Shown here piece by piece: positions 9,864-20,445 of a stretch of DNA of 62,117 bases. The stretch spans positions 1 to 62,117 of the forward strand of contig CAIVSG010000206.1 of the NCBI GenBank assembly GCA_903908555.1, given 5' to 3'. The notes under the pieces were generated by a model, which saw only the letters and a program-made list of their open reading frames with translations, did no database searches and was not told the origin of the DNA. Every line of letters begins with the position of its first letter. Position 1 is the stretch's first letter. Origin of the DNA: an uncultured Chlorobiaceae bacterium (GTDB lineage: Bacteria > Bacteroidota > Chlorobiia > Chlorobiales > Chlorobiaceae). The position numbers and the translations under genes were made by a program.

Positions 9864-11096
9864 CTATTTGATCGCCATCTTAAATTCATAAATCTTAACA
9901 AACTTTATCAATTCATGTATTTTTAATACTGCGGTAAATGCCTTCAAAGATAGCCCGAGCAATTCCATATAGCTTAATGTAAATTCTTGACCGGGATTTC
10001 TTGTAATAGGGTAATACTTGATTATTTGTGTCGCCTCCTCATAAATTGTTTTATAATGATTTATTCCATTCCTCAACTTATTATCAAAAAACGAACAAAA
10101 TACTCTCTTTGGAATCACTTCCGAACATAAATTGATTATATCCAATTTTCTACCATTATCTATACTCATAAATATATCTGCCGATACAACATCTTTTGGA
10201 ACCCCATTCGGCATAATATTCTGACTACCTCTTTCATAAATATTTTGTAATCTAAACACAAGATGACTATACCTTCCAACAAACTCAAAACAATCAGAAT
10301 AAAAATTTTTTATTGATATAAAATCCTGCTCAGAGACATAATTATCACCAACAGAATTTGTTCCATAAGAATATATCAGATATTTTCGCATATCAATAAA
10401 CCTAATAATCAGATCGCAAATATAATACTGCATTTCTTCTATATAATCGTTAGTATAAATAAACAAATATTGGTTAATATCTGTTTTTAAAAAAAATTTC
10501 TTTGTAAAAATTTTCTTATGAAGCCACTTTTTATAATCTTCAATTTCCTCATAATCAATCCATGAATTAAGAAACATATTGCGAACATCAATAAAGCTCT
10601 TATGATACCCAATCTCAGTATTGAGATTGGGTGTCGTTTTATCATCAATAATCTTATTCAATATCATTTCATATGCATCCTGTTCATTCTTTGAATACGA
10701 ACGCGTCAGATCCTTAAACAAATCCCAATCATAATCCTCCATATCTATTCTTAAATCTTTTTTTATCTTCGCTATCATGAAATCTTTACTATCCATCCTT
10801 AAAGTTGGCATAATTTGATCATGCGGTGTTTTTGATGGTTTACCTACAGACAAAGTATCACTATATTCCAAATAATAATCACCATCATTAAATTCCATAT
10901 CTTTTATAAGACATCCCTTTTCCACCTCAATACTATATTTGATATGTTCTAAATCAACAATTATATTCGCCCTTATCTCTGAAGAACAATACCCGCAACT
11001 AAACCTAATAGGTAAAACCTCTTTTTCTGGTATTTGAACCCGAAGATTAGTGACATTATTACAATTATCACATTTAAGATGATATCTTGTCCACAT
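9864..11096 (-). CDS. Hypothetical protein with N-terminal Zn ribbon
   Basis: 410 aa, CDNC...CGYC at the N-terminus, very AT-rich. Confidence 0.75.
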   Translation of the reverse strand: MWTRYHLKCDNCNNVTNLRVQIPEKEVLPIRFSCGYCSSEIRANIIVDLEHIKYSIEVEKGCLIKDMEFNDGDYYLEYSDTLSVGKPSKTPHDQIMPTLRMDSKDFMIAKIKKDLRIDMEDYDWDLFKDLTRSYSKNEQDAYEMILNKIIDDKTTPNLNTEIGYHKSFIDVRNMFLNSWIDYEEIEDYKKWLHKKIFTKKFFLKTDINQYLFIYTNDYIEEMQYYICDLIIRFIDMRKYLIYSYGTNSVGDNYVSEQDFISIKNFYSDCFEFVGRYSHLVFRLQNIYERGSQNIMPNGVPKDVVSADIFMSIDNGRKLDIINLCSEVIPKRVFCSFFDNKLRNGINHYKTIYEEATQIIKYYPITRNPGQEFTLSYMELLGLSLKAFTAVLKIHELIKFVKIYEFKMAIK

Positions 11097-11204
11097 ATTA
11101 TTTTTTTATCTTATGATAGATTAACACAATAATTATATGCCAAAGTCCATTTGCGCATCCCTTTATTTTTCTGTTTTACTTTCATTCCCCTTCTTCTCCC
11201 ATAA

Positions 11205-11460
11205 TTAATCCGCGTCCTCTTGTGCGTGAATCTTTTGGTTCAGATCGAGGAGGCGTTTTAGGACTTCACGGCGGGCGTCTGGGTTAATGGTGTAGCGAAC
11301 ACAGTAGTATTCGCGTAGGTATTCTACTTCGTAGAAGTTGTGGTGAAGGTTGAGGACTTGCAAGCCGTAGCCTTCGAGAATGGCCTTGTCAATCTGGATG
11401 TAGAGATAGCATAGTTTAGTGCTATCCCAGACAAATATTTGCTGGATTTCCGGAATAGCA
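11205..11460 (-). pseudogene. C-terminal remnant of a type IIG/IIL restriction-modification enzyme
   Basis: QIDKAILEGYG...HHNFYEV...RYTINPDARREVLKRLLDLN resembles the tail of Eco57I/MmeI-like fused RM proteins. Confidence 0.55.
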
Positions 11461-11463
11461 ATT

Positions 11464-12315
11464 TCAGTTCTTTGCCTCTTCGAGTACTTCAGCATACGTT
11501 ATTTCGAACCGTAATTTGTTCTTTGGATATATGTCAATCATGAAAAAAATTTCATAAAACGATTTAAAAAATTCAGGCTGCGTTTGCTTGAGCATTTTTT
11601 TGATCCCACCGATACCTTCTGGCGGAGTAATACCTGATTTTTTTAACTCACTGTATATGTTTTTTGCACGATGCTTTATTCTAAACGCGTTTTGGTCGGA
11701 GCTCCCTTTAATATATCCCACGTATACTGACTGAAAAATTTCCGGAGCTGTTTTGAAGTAGTATCCACCTTCAGTGGTTTGAAAAGCACGTAAGTTCTTT
11801 AAAGCTGTATTCAAGTTGAGAGAATTAAAAAGCTCGCTGTAGAATGCTGTAAGAGGTTTTAATATTTCATCAGGATAGATTTCCTTTGTGGGACTCAGCA
11901 TCGCTAAACACGGAGCCCTTTCTATTGGTTGAATTATTTGTACCATATGTCCTCCGTAACAGGCAGCCAGTACTACAAGTAAGTTGCATTGGGTTGCTAT
12001 GTTAATTGCTGTTAGGTATGGCTTTAACTCTGCCCAGCTCACGCATTCGCCATTTGCAAGAGAAATACCTGTGGTATTTTCTAAGCCATGACATTCAATG
12101 TGAAGGATTGGCCAATGCCCTTTTTCAGCTTCTTGTTCAAGAGAAATAAGCTGAGAAAGAAATGCGTCTTTTGTACCCACTTCGGAATAGATGACTTCAA
12201 TATCTCGACCACGCAGAATGCTGATTGGTCGAAGGTCTTCAACCAGCCTACGCCCAGTTTTGCATTGTTCTAAAGACTCGAGGATTACTAATTTTGAAAA
12301 ATGTATTGAGGGCAT
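11464..12315 (-). CDS. Caspase/CHAT-like (clan CD) protease-fold protein
   Basis: ILHIECHG and VVLAACYG match the His-Gly and Ala-Cys dyad motifs; 283 aa. Confidence 0.55.
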   Translation of the reverse strand: MPSIHFSKLVILESLEQCKTGRRLVEDLRPISILRGRDIEVIYSEVGTKDAFLSQLISLEQEAEKGHWPILHIECHGLENTTGISLANGECVSWAELKPYLTAINIATQCNLLVVLAACYGGHMVQIIQPIERAPCLAMLSPTKEIYPDEILKPLTAFYSELFNSLNLNTALKNLRAFQTTEGGYYFKTAPEIFQSVYVGYIKGSSDQNAFRIKHRAKNIYSELKKSGITPPEGIGGIKKMLKQTQPEFFKSFYEIFFMIDIYPKNKLRFEITYAEVLEEAKN

Positions 12316-12412
12316 ACTGAATGCTTAAGTATTTATCACTCAACGAAGAATTGTCCCACAACCTGTGGGACAACTTTAAAACGCTGTAAAAACAGCTCCA
12401 GTTCTGGATGCA

Positions 12413-12819
12413 TTAAACCCTGTTCAGCACATCATCCAAAGAGCGGGCCACAACATACCTTGCAGGTGTTTCGCCAATACTGAGCGCCTTGAAATGGGCC
12501 TTGCCACATTCGATCTTTGCACTCTCCTTGTCACGCAGGTCATCGGTAAACAGGCTGCTCTTGGTCTCGACAACAAAATAGATTCGCTCTTCGCCATCCT
12601 TTTCAACAAGTATCGCCCAGTCTGGATTATAGGTGTCGAGAGGAGTAGGAATCCTGAACCATCCCGGAAGCTTTGCATAGACTTTGATGGCCAGATTTTT
12701 CTCCAACTGATCAGCAAAAGCTGCTTCGGGATCGGAGTCATAGACCACCTGCTCATAGACTGATTTCTGAACCGGGATAAGGTTCTGGAGGTAACCAGTA
12801 AGTTCCTGTTGCTCAAAAA
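12413..12819 (-). pseudogene. 3' fragment of a type III restriction enzyme Res subunit
   Basis: YDSDPE...KLPGWFRIPTPLDTYNPDWA...YFVVETK...KIECGKAHF; truncated exactly at the MITE left IR. Confidence 0.85.
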
Positions 12820-13100
12820 GGGGTCACCTCAGAAAAGGGAATTTAAGAACGTTTAGCCTTTTTTGCAGATGTTGATTCAGTTATAGAAAAAAGTCTATAG
12901 TATTTCTATATACAGCAAAATAATCAGTTATAGCAGGAAAAAGTCACCCCTGATCTAAGGCAGAGGAAACTTAAAAACTGGTAAGAAAGACGGATGTTTT
13001 TGCAGAAACACAGCAACGCTTAAGGTATTATCTTAATATCTCTTGCAAGAGATTACTAATCTCTTAACGTACTCTGTAATCCGTTTTCTGAAGTGACCCG
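12820..13100. mobile_element. Tn3-derived MITE (TIME-like, 281 bp)
   Basis: Left IR GGGGTCACCTCAGAAAAGGGAATTTAAGAACGTTTAG (12820-12856); right IR reverse complement CGGGTCACTTCAGAAAACGGATTACAGAGTACGTTAAG (13063-13100); no long ORF; no target duplication (AAAAA vs GCTAA). Confidence 0.75.
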
Positions 13101-13101
13101 G

Positions 13102-15066
13102 CTAACCCTCCAAACTGTATATCTCATCTACCAATTGAGCCATAAATCCCGGATGACGATTATCTGGTGTTCCAACAATCATGGCTCGATCAAGCCCTTG
13201 ATTGATAGTTTCACAGGCTGTTTCTGGCAACAAAGTGCAGGCGTGACATGCAGCAAGATTGACAAGTCGCGAACCCTGTCCTCCGAGATTTTCAGAGCAA
13301 ACAGGGTCAGCTGAACACCATGATGCCCTACTGACAGCCCCCCTTATAATTGGTTCAAGTCGATCCTTCTGACCCAAGCGCACGAGCCCTCCCAATGTTC
13401 CTTCAGAATCTCCCGCGGCAGTGTAAATAAGGATTCCCGCCATGGGAGCTAGTGGATCGTTAGAAATGTAAAGACGCTCTCGCAAAGAAGCCGTACTGTA
13501 ACCACACTCAAAAACTAATTGATTAATAAGAATGTGAGCAAGACTGTGTACAAGAAGATATTTTGAAGCCCATTTCCTGTCAGCGTTAATAGCTGGTGGG
13601 AGTGTCTGATATACGACTGATAATCTTGTGATAAAACCATCATTCAGGCGTTCGGCCAACCAATCTATATTTTCCTCTTGCCATTGAGTTATTTTTTGTT
13701 CGTTAAGTTCTAGATAAATACCTTCCCCAAAAACCTTAATCGCTGGTAACCATTGATCCTGCCGTTGCGTCATTGGATTACGGAACAACTGTCGCATCGC
13801 TATATCGGGCATGCCATCCAATGGTCTTGCATTTGGCTCTAGCCGGTCAAATCCGTAAAATACACGAGTCTCGCGTAACCGTTCGACAAGATTCACTTTT
13901 GTAAACCAATCAACTAACTGATAGGGTACATCAGCGGGAATTACCCTGAGATTGGGAATATTCACGGGATCATTAACCTCGTTGCGAATGATGTTGAATT
14001 CCGCACGCCGAAAAGCAAGCAGATCAGATTCTTGGGTAGCTGGCTGGAGAGTACTTGAAATAACAGCCTTTGGTGGTTCAAATAGACTTCCGACAGCCTG
14101 TTCCACCTGTGCAGTTTCGTGAAGAATCTCTCGACTATCTAATGATATTTTAACTAAGGCGATAGCTTCTTTGCGTTTTTTCATCCCCCAAAGAGTTAAC
14201 GCTACACCGCAGGTGCCACCATCTTCCTCTATTTTATTCCTTAACTGCATAATAGAATCATCCTGCAAGTTAATATCTGGAAGAAAAATGGCCGACACGG
14301 TCTTGGGAAAATAGATGTTAGTCTGATTTATTAGCGCACCGACCAAAGGATGATTGCACCCTTGTTCATTAGCGCCTTCACCAAGCCATGGGCGATCACC
14401 TGAACAGCTGATACCTGCCTTTTGAAATGCACTTTGCTCCCCTTCATTTTCATTTGGTTTCCCTGTGGTATTTGATAGGTTTCGACCTCTCCGCCCGGTT
14501 GACCCTTCTGGGCAACTATGGCATTCTACGCGGATACTGCTGAGTTCAGAGCCACCACGATCGGTGAGATATAGATCACCATCCCCTTGGCAGTCACAAC
14601 CAATCCACTGCTTCCAGGGAAATTCACTGAGATGACCAGCTCCACATACTGCAATAAATCTTACGGGAAGCCACCGACCTTCGGGTGGATTATCAAGTCG
14701 CTCTGAGTTTAAATTAAATTTTCTCAATTGACGAGTACGAGAATTCCTATACCACCGTGGAAATCTTTGAGCAGGGGTATGAAGGAATGCATTTGGTGGT
14801 GCCTGTTGGCCTTGGTGTGCAAGTCGGAAATCAGCCGGGGAGCAAAAACGATTCACGTTTAAGAGTGCTGCCAATCTAGGTTCAAAAATATAAAATTCAT
14901 CGGGATTTTCACATGATAACAATCCGTTACCCTTGTCGTTTTTAAACCAATTATCCAGTCCACATACCACAAGAGGTGTGCCCAGTCGGTCTATATAAAT
15001 AGCCCCTGGACCAAATGGAGCTATGAGCTGTCCTATTCGAACCTGTCTGTTCAATCTTGCCTCCAC
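13102..15066 (-). CDS. drmB: DISARM DrmB-like DUF1998 protein
   Basis: QLIAPFGPGA N-terminus; HSLAHILIN..CGYSTASLRER; CSADPVC and LAACHAC..PETAC Zn motif; directly follows a DrmA-like helicase. Confidence 0.85.
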   Translation of the reverse strand: MEARLNRQVRIGQLIAPFGPGAIYIDRLGTPLVVCGLDNWFKNDKGNGLLSCENPDEFYIFEPRLAALLNVNRFCSPADFRLAHQGQQAPPNAFLHTPAQRFPRWYRNSRTRQLRKFNLNSERLDNPPEGRWLPVRFIAVCGAGHLSEFPWKQWIGCDCQGDGDLYLTDRGGSELSSIRVECHSCPEGSTGRRGRNLSNTTGKPNENEGEQSAFQKAGISCSGDRPWLGEGANEQGCNHPLVGALINQTNIYFPKTVSAIFLPDINLQDDSIMQLRNKIEEDGGTCGVALTLWGMKKRKEAIALVKISLDSREILHETAQVEQAVGSLFEPPKAVISSTLQPATQESDLLAFRRAEFNIIRNEVNDPVNIPNLRVIPADVPYQLVDWFTKVNLVERLRETRVFYGFDRLEPNARPLDGMPDIAMRQLFRNPMTQRQDQWLPAIKVFGEGIYLELNEQKITQWQEENIDWLAERLNDGFITRLSVVYQTLPPAINADRKWASKYLLVHSLAHILINQLVFECGYSTASLRERLYISNDPLAPMAGILIYTAAGDSEGTLGGLVRLGQKDRLEPIIRGAVSRASWCSADPVCSENLGGQGSRLVNLAACHACTLLPETACETINQGLDRAMIVGTPDNRHPGFMAQLVDEIYSLEG

Positions 15067-18000
15067 TGTATTGGTTGATCTACTTGTCCAAAAGAAACAT
15101 AACCCTGTGTGATGTTTAATTCAGCACTTCCATCTACTTGGCGCATATTATTTGCAACCACAGCTCCATGCTGTTTCTGTGTTAGTGTTGCATATTGCCC
15201 TGGCCACAGCATGAGGTATTCTCCTTGATCATTCGGAGGAAATTCTTCCCATTGCTGCGGATTTTGTTTCCATTTTACTTTCAGGTCTTGGCATATTCTT
15301 TTCAGTTCTTGCGAAGATCTGTTCTGATCCATGGCATTGGTCTGAACGATTTTGCAACGTTCCTGTAGCAGTTCCACTGCGTAATCCAAGCCCTTTTCAT
15401 ATGCATTAAAATTCTGCACTTCTGCACTGCAATGAAGTCTGGACCATAAAATCAGTGCTCCAGGTAATGCGCGTTGAATTGCGGATAAGGCAAAAGGAGT
15501 CGCTGAAGTTGGTTCCACACGTTCGTACAGTCGGCGATGATAACTGTGAAATTGTTCAAAGTGTGATCGATCCCTGCTTTTGGATGGATTGTATATCATC
15601 ATAATTAAACCCGCCCTATCCCACCAACGACGACCTACGCGTCCTGTGACCTGGATATATTGTGCAGTTGTTTTGGGTTGACCTATGACTCCCATGAGAG
15701 ATAAACGTTCAATATCTACTCCAACTTCAATAATGCTTGATGCCAAACATGCATCAATGGTATTGCCAGAATCAGTTTTATATTCAGCAGATAATCGATC
15801 CATCATAGCAACAATTTCAGCTTGAGAGAGTCGGCTTGTAAGTTCTTCTGCTGGTTTGAGAAAACGACGCTTGTCAAGTGGAAAATTTTCCCTATTAAAT
15901 AAAAACTTTAACCGTTCTGTTATATCCGAGTCAAATAGGGTTTTTGCTCCGCTTAATTCACGGATACTATTGAAGAAAGCCAGTAAAGTCCACCATGGAT
16001 CACGAACTTCGGGGTTAAAAGTGTACGGCCGAAAAAGTGCGGCAGAAAACGCTCTCACCTGAGTAGTTAGGATAGAGCTATAGTCATTTGCATGAATTCC
16101 TAGATAAAGGCGTCCTGGCAGCAATCTACCATCCTCGTCTCGGGCATATTTCCCAAAAAAAGAGTCCCCCATCACCAACCCGGGGCTAGGGAAAAGATGT
16201 AGCTGTTCACGTCCATATAATGCCTTTACTTGATCTGCAGCCCCGCGAATAGTTGCGGTCGATGCAATAAGCTTTGGTTTGAGCCATAGGGCATTAACTT
16301 TCAAAGAACACAACCTCTCAAAGATACCCTCATAGAGAGCATACATTGTCCCTAAAGGACCGGAGATAAGGTGTAATTCATCCTGTATAATCAGGCCAGG
16401 TGGAACATGTGTCTGTTGAATTTCAGTCCCGACTTTATTTCGCCCAAAAATAGCTCCTGAAATGGGTCGGTATGCCATCATGGCAAACTTGTCAGCAGTA
16501 GCTATAATAACAGAAGGAGGAAATCTATAGATACGCTCATCAACAACTTCAACAGGGATCCATGTGGTTTGGTTTTCTTTGCCGAATTCACAGTTACTGT
16601 CTGAACAATGCAATAAAGGGCCGTCTTGGCCTTGGTCACTGATTCCTTTAACTGGCTTAAACCTTTTTCGTGAACTATGGGCGGGTAATGTTCCTTCGAA
16701 CCGTCCGATCTCTGCTCTGCACCATGGGCATTCCGTCAAAACCAAAGGATTTCCAGAAATATCTCCTCGCTGGAACCTTGCAAATTCAAGCTTTGCATTT
16801 TCGATTTTGTTTGGTGTAGAATCCCCACCAATCCATAAGCCAAGAGAGAAACGTCTGCCAGGAATATCGTTATCCGGATTCCTTCGTAAAAACTCAAGGG
16901 CACATACAAGACTTGCCGCACGCTGGAATTGCTGGGTCGTCAGCATTCTCAGGGTATATCGCATAAGGACATTTGTCCCATCCCGATGCAAATCGATTAC
17001 ATCATTCTGCATTAACAGGCGCTGATGAACCATATAAAATGCCATCACTGCGAGGTAAGCTTCAGTCTTTCCACCACCTGTCGGAAACCAGATAAGATCC
17101 ACTATCTCTCGGTCAGGTGAAGAAATATTTCCAACACCATCGATTGAGAGTAAAAGAAAGGCTACTTGAAATGCACGCCATTGTCCAATATCTTCTCTTT
17201 CATGACTTTGGCTATAAATGTCCCATGGGGCTTTGTAATCACCACTGGGCAACACCCGTTCTTTTTTATTATCCCAGTGTAAGTTGCGTCGAATCAATTG
17301 CTTTGTAGTTATCTGCTGAAGTAACATTGAAAGGTTTGCCAGCCTGAATGCTTTTAAGACTTGTGGGTCGTTATGGAGCGCCGTTATACCTGAATTGATT
17401 CTTTTGAGACATTTTTCACATGCAACGATGTGACTCTCCGCAACAGATTGCAAGTGTAGTGGTAGTTCATTTACTTCTTTTCGCTTAAGTACTATCCATT
17501 TTCGGTATTCCTCAGAAAGTTCTGCAAGGGAGGTCCAGCCAGCACCAATCTTATTGTCCGAAAGTTCAGCGAGCATCCGCATGGATAGCTTGATCGGGTT
17601 GCCTTGTTTATCTCTGATATCAGGGGTCATGCTTGGTAATTCAACGGCGGGCATCACATCAGCATAAATTTTTTCCGGTGTTTGACCAGGTGCGGCATCC
17701 CATCCCGCTGCACAGCCATGCCCTATTCCCCAAGTTGCGGACTCACGATAGAGCAGAGCAAGCGACTGTTCCTCTGAATCGAGATTGGAAAATGGCTGCG
17801 GGCTTTCTGGATACTTTTCCAATCGGCCACCCTCTATAGTGATTTCAAAATAAGTTTGAAAAAGAGTGGATTCCTGGGATGCAAGATTAGTAGCTGCTTG
17901 AGTAATATTGCACAGAACAACTGTTATTATCCATAACCCGTTTATTTCTCGAGAACGAGCATATGCCCTTATCTGGAGATTCATTGGTGAATCTTCAGGC

Positions 18001-18719
18001 AACAATACCTCTCTTACAAGTGATCTTCCGTTATCAAGGTCTCCAAAATCTATACTAATCTCGGTATCGGGCAATAATGCAGGTCGTCGCCTCCATACCG
18101 GTGCTTCTCTCTGCTGTCCATGGTCATCTATTGTATAACGTAGGGAGCTTTCGTAACGGCCATTCACTTGAAACGGCAAAGCATCAGCTGCTTGCCATGC
18201 GAACAGCATTTTTTGCGGCAAGCGGATAATTATCCTGCCGTCTCGTTCAAGTGAGACACAAAATGTTACCCCTATAGTTGATGGGTGCCGTACATCCGTA
18301 CTTGTCACCTCAAATTCATCATCTGTCTCGTAACGATCCAAGTCTTGCACAAAATTTTCTGTCACTTCATTGTCTTCACCGGATTTTGAGTCGGCTTCGG
18401 ATTCATCCCTGTCAAAACCTATTCTATCAGTTTCTTTGACGGCTATCAAACTAGGAGAATCTTGCTCTGTAATCGGTAGGCCAGCTGGATGTAATAGGCC
18501 AGCCCCATACTTGTTGGATGGCTTCTCCCTTTCATAGTATAGAACTTCTTCAATTTCACTCGTCGAATCGGGTTTCCAACCTAAGGGGCCTCTCCTGAAT
18601 GGGACTGCATCCAAAAAAACTTGACCTTCAAAAATTGCAATTGTCGGAGTCACCAAGGGTATCGAAGGTCCGACAATTTCTCCCCGAATGCAGGTTATCA
18701 GTTCAGATCTCTCTTTCAT
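15051..18719 (-). CDS. drmA: DISARM DrmA-like SF2 helicase
   Basis: WFPTGGGKTEAY, MRYTLRMLT, QDELH, STATIR, EVGVD, QVTGRVGRR, RDRSHFEQF; 1222 aa. Confidence 0.85.
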   Translation of the reverse strand: MKERSELITCIRGEIVGPSIPLVTPTIAIFEGQVFLDAVPFRRGPLGWKPDSTSEIEEVLYYEREKPSNKYGAGLLHPAGLPITEQDSPSLIAVKETDRIGFDRDESEADSKSGEDNEVTENFVQDLDRYETDDEFEVTSTDVRHPSTIGVTFCVSLERDGRIIIRLPQKMLFAWQAADALPFQVNGRYESSLRYTIDDHGQQREAPVWRRRPALLPDTEISIDFGDLDNGRSLVREVLLPEDSPMNLQIRAYARSREINGLWIITVVLCNITQAATNLASQESTLFQTYFEITIEGGRLEKYPESPQPFSNLDSEEQSLALLYRESATWGIGHGCAAGWDAAPGQTPEKIYADVMPAVELPSMTPDIRDKQGNPIKLSMRMLAELSDNKIGAGWTSLAELSEEYRKWIVLKRKEVNELPLHLQSVAESHIVACEKCLKRINSGITALHNDPQVLKAFRLANLSMLLQQITTKQLIRRNLHWDNKKERVLPSGDYKAPWDIYSQSHEREDIGQWRAFQVAFLLLSIDGVGNISSPDREIVDLIWFPTGGGKTEAYLAVMAFYMVHQRLLMQNDVIDLHRDGTNVLMRYTLRMLTTQQFQRAASLVCALEFLRRNPDNDIPGRRFSLGLWIGGDSTPNKIENAKLEFARFQRGDISGNPLVLTECPWCRAEIGRFEGTLPAHSSRKRFKPVKGISDQGQDGPLLHCSDSNCEFGKENQTTWIPVEVVDERIYRFPPSVIIATADKFAMMAYRPISGAIFGRNKVGTEIQQTHVPPGLIIQDELHLISGPLGTMYALYEGIFERLCSLKVNALWLKPKLIASTATIRGAADQVKALYGREQLHLFPSPGLVMGDSFFGKYARDEDGRLLPGRLYLGIHANDYSSILTTQVRAFSAALFRPYTFNPEVRDPWWTLLAFFNSIRELSGAKTLFDSDITERLKFLFNRENFPLDKRRFLKPAEELTSRLSQAEIVAMMDRLSAEYKTDSGNTIDACLASSIIEVGVDIERLSLMGVIGQPKTTAQYIQVTGRVGRRWWDRAGLIMMIYNPSKSRDRSHFEQFHSYHRRLYERVEPTSATPFALSAIQRALPGALILWSRLHCSAEVQNFNAYEKGLDYAVELLQERCKIVQTNAMDQNRSSQELKRICQDLKVKWKQNPQQWEEFPPNDQGEYLMLWPGQYATLTQKQHGAVVANNMRQVDGSAELNITQGYVSFGQVDQPIQWRQD

Positions 18720-20445
18720 GAATAGCTCCTTTTTTTGTCAACCAGCTAAATAATGTTTTCTGGCATTGGTTATCGCATAAAACCCTGACTGATTCGGTAG
18801 CCCTTGTCATTCCTGTATAAAATAAATCACGATGAAAATCGGCTTCTCCAAGAGATACATCGGTGAGTATAATCACTTTGTTTTCCAGTCCCTTGAAAGA
18901 GTGCACAGTGCTGTAGTGGGTAAAACGACCAGAATGCCGCGCAGGCTGAAGATGTTGGCCTTTGAATATTGGACTTTTTGCAATGCAGTTTTCAATGGAT
19001 GAAAACGATAGGATTGTTATTTCCTCCGGCCGATATCCCTGCTCTTTGAAAGCTTTCAATGCAGCAGCAAGCTGATGGCTTTGTTCGACTTCAGAGGTAT
19101 AATAGCTGATGCTGTAATTGGCAACTCCACCACCAGACCTCATATATCCCGAATAAACTTTTTTTTCGAAACCACTAAGCAAAACAGCTGTACCGCCAAC
19201 AATAGAGTAGTTTCGACAGTTTTCTGTGAGCATCCACCTTGCTGGTTGAGCTTCTAAGTTAAGAGTGTTAAGTGACTGTATTAAAAGATCACGTTCACCA
19301 AATACTTGGTGTTCAAAATCACCAAATAAAGCATAACGGCCTACTCTAAGTCCACCTTCTAGAAACTGTAGCAGACATTCCCAGACTGCCGGGCGTGACA
19401 ATATATCCTGAGCCTCATCCAGTACGAGGTAATCAAAAGAAACAATAGCATGTAATTCAGGATCAGTGATTTTTTCCTCCAATTGGGCAGGCAAAATATC
19501 ATTCCAGAAAATCTTATCAGGTGTTTCAGGGATGACGGTTCCCGTCATTTCTGCCATGACCTGAATAACCGTACCAACAACTAGGTTTGGCAATTCAGGT
19601 TCGATTTGTGACATTTTCTCCTTAACCCATTCGCCAAAGAGACGATTAAAACAAAGCAATGCAACTCGTAATCCAGACTCAGCCTTGCGCCTTGCCAGTT
19701 CCATTGCTATCAGTGACTTTCCTGTTCCTGCAGCACCAAATACTATTATCCTATCATTGTTTTCAGCAAGCTGAAAGACCGGTTTTTGTTGGTCTCTCAG
19801 TATGCGTTCAATTTCTTGCTCTCTCTGTGCAATTTCCTCGCGTGCATCAGGACGACGCTTCTGTACTGGCACACAGTAATCCACAATTGTCTTTATTGCT
19901 TTATCTGAAAGTGGAGTTGTAAGACGTTTCAGATTACAATCTTCATCAATACTCTTCAGAATACGCTGTTCAAGATCTTGACAAAAATCACTTTGGTTCC
20001 TGAAAGATCGAAAAACTCGGCTATCCATCAACTCCCATGGTTGCAAGGAGAGATTAGGCGTTAAATAGAACGAGGCGCTGGGAAAAATGCAAAGATGAAC
20101 TACAGGTACAGATCGAAATTGTGGCGCCAGTTCACGGAGGTTACGATAAAAGATATGCCGTCCATCAGATGCCTGCTTGAATGGTGATCGTTTAATTTCA
20201 GGAGGGCTCCAATTACTACCGTCAAAGGTTATGCTCAGATGAGATTTGACCTCTATACAAAGAATACCGCAATCGGGTACAATTGCGACAAAATCAATTT
20301 CTGTACGTTTACGCCGGTTCCAAGGAGCAAGATCCAACGAATGCATAATCACCCAATTATCAGGGCCGTGGGTAAGCATATTGAAAACTTCCCGTTCTCC
20401 AGGAGGTGTTTGTTCATCAATGAAAGAAGGTATCAGCCTTGCCAT
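18703..20445 (-). CDS. NERD nuclease fused to a UvrD-like SF1 helicase
   Basis: EIDFV...IEVKS (PD-(D/E)XK); GAAGTGKS, DEAQD, GDFEHQ, ENCRN, TVHSFKGLE, YTGMTRA. Confidence 0.85.
   Translation of the reverse strand: MARLIPSFIDEQTPPGEREVFNMLTHGPDNWVIMHSLDLAPWNRRKRTEIDFVAIVPDCGILCIEVKSHLSITFDGSNWSPPEIKRSPFKQASDGRHIFYRNLRELAPQFRSVPVVHLCIFPSASFYLTPNLSLQPWELMDSRVFRSFRNQSDFCQDLEQRILKSIDEDCNLKRLTTPLSDKAIKTIVDYCVPVQKRRPDAREEIAQREQEIERILRDQQKPVFQLAENNDRIIVFGAAGTGKSLIAMELARRKAESGLRVALLCFNRLFGEWVKEKMSQIEPELPNLVVGTVIQVMAEMTGTVIPETPDKIFWNDILPAQLEEKITDPELHAIVSFDYLVLDEAQDILSRPAVWECLLQFLEGGLRVGRYALFGDFEHQVFGERDLLIQSLNTLNLEAQPARWMLTENCRNYSIVGGTAVLLSGFEKKVYSGYMRSGGGVANYSISYYTSEVEQSHQLAAALKAFKEQGYRPEEITILSFSSIENCIAKSPIFKGQHLQPARHSGRFTHYSTVHSFKGLENKVIILTDVSLGEADFHRDLFYTGMTRATESVRVLCDNQCQKTLFSWLTKKGAIHEREI

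Noticed and set aside
13102-18719. Druantia DruE or MrfA-type helicase
   Set aside because: Helicase and DUF1998 are separate genes with DrmA/DrmB-type motifs, whereas those proteins carry DUF1998 fused to the helicase
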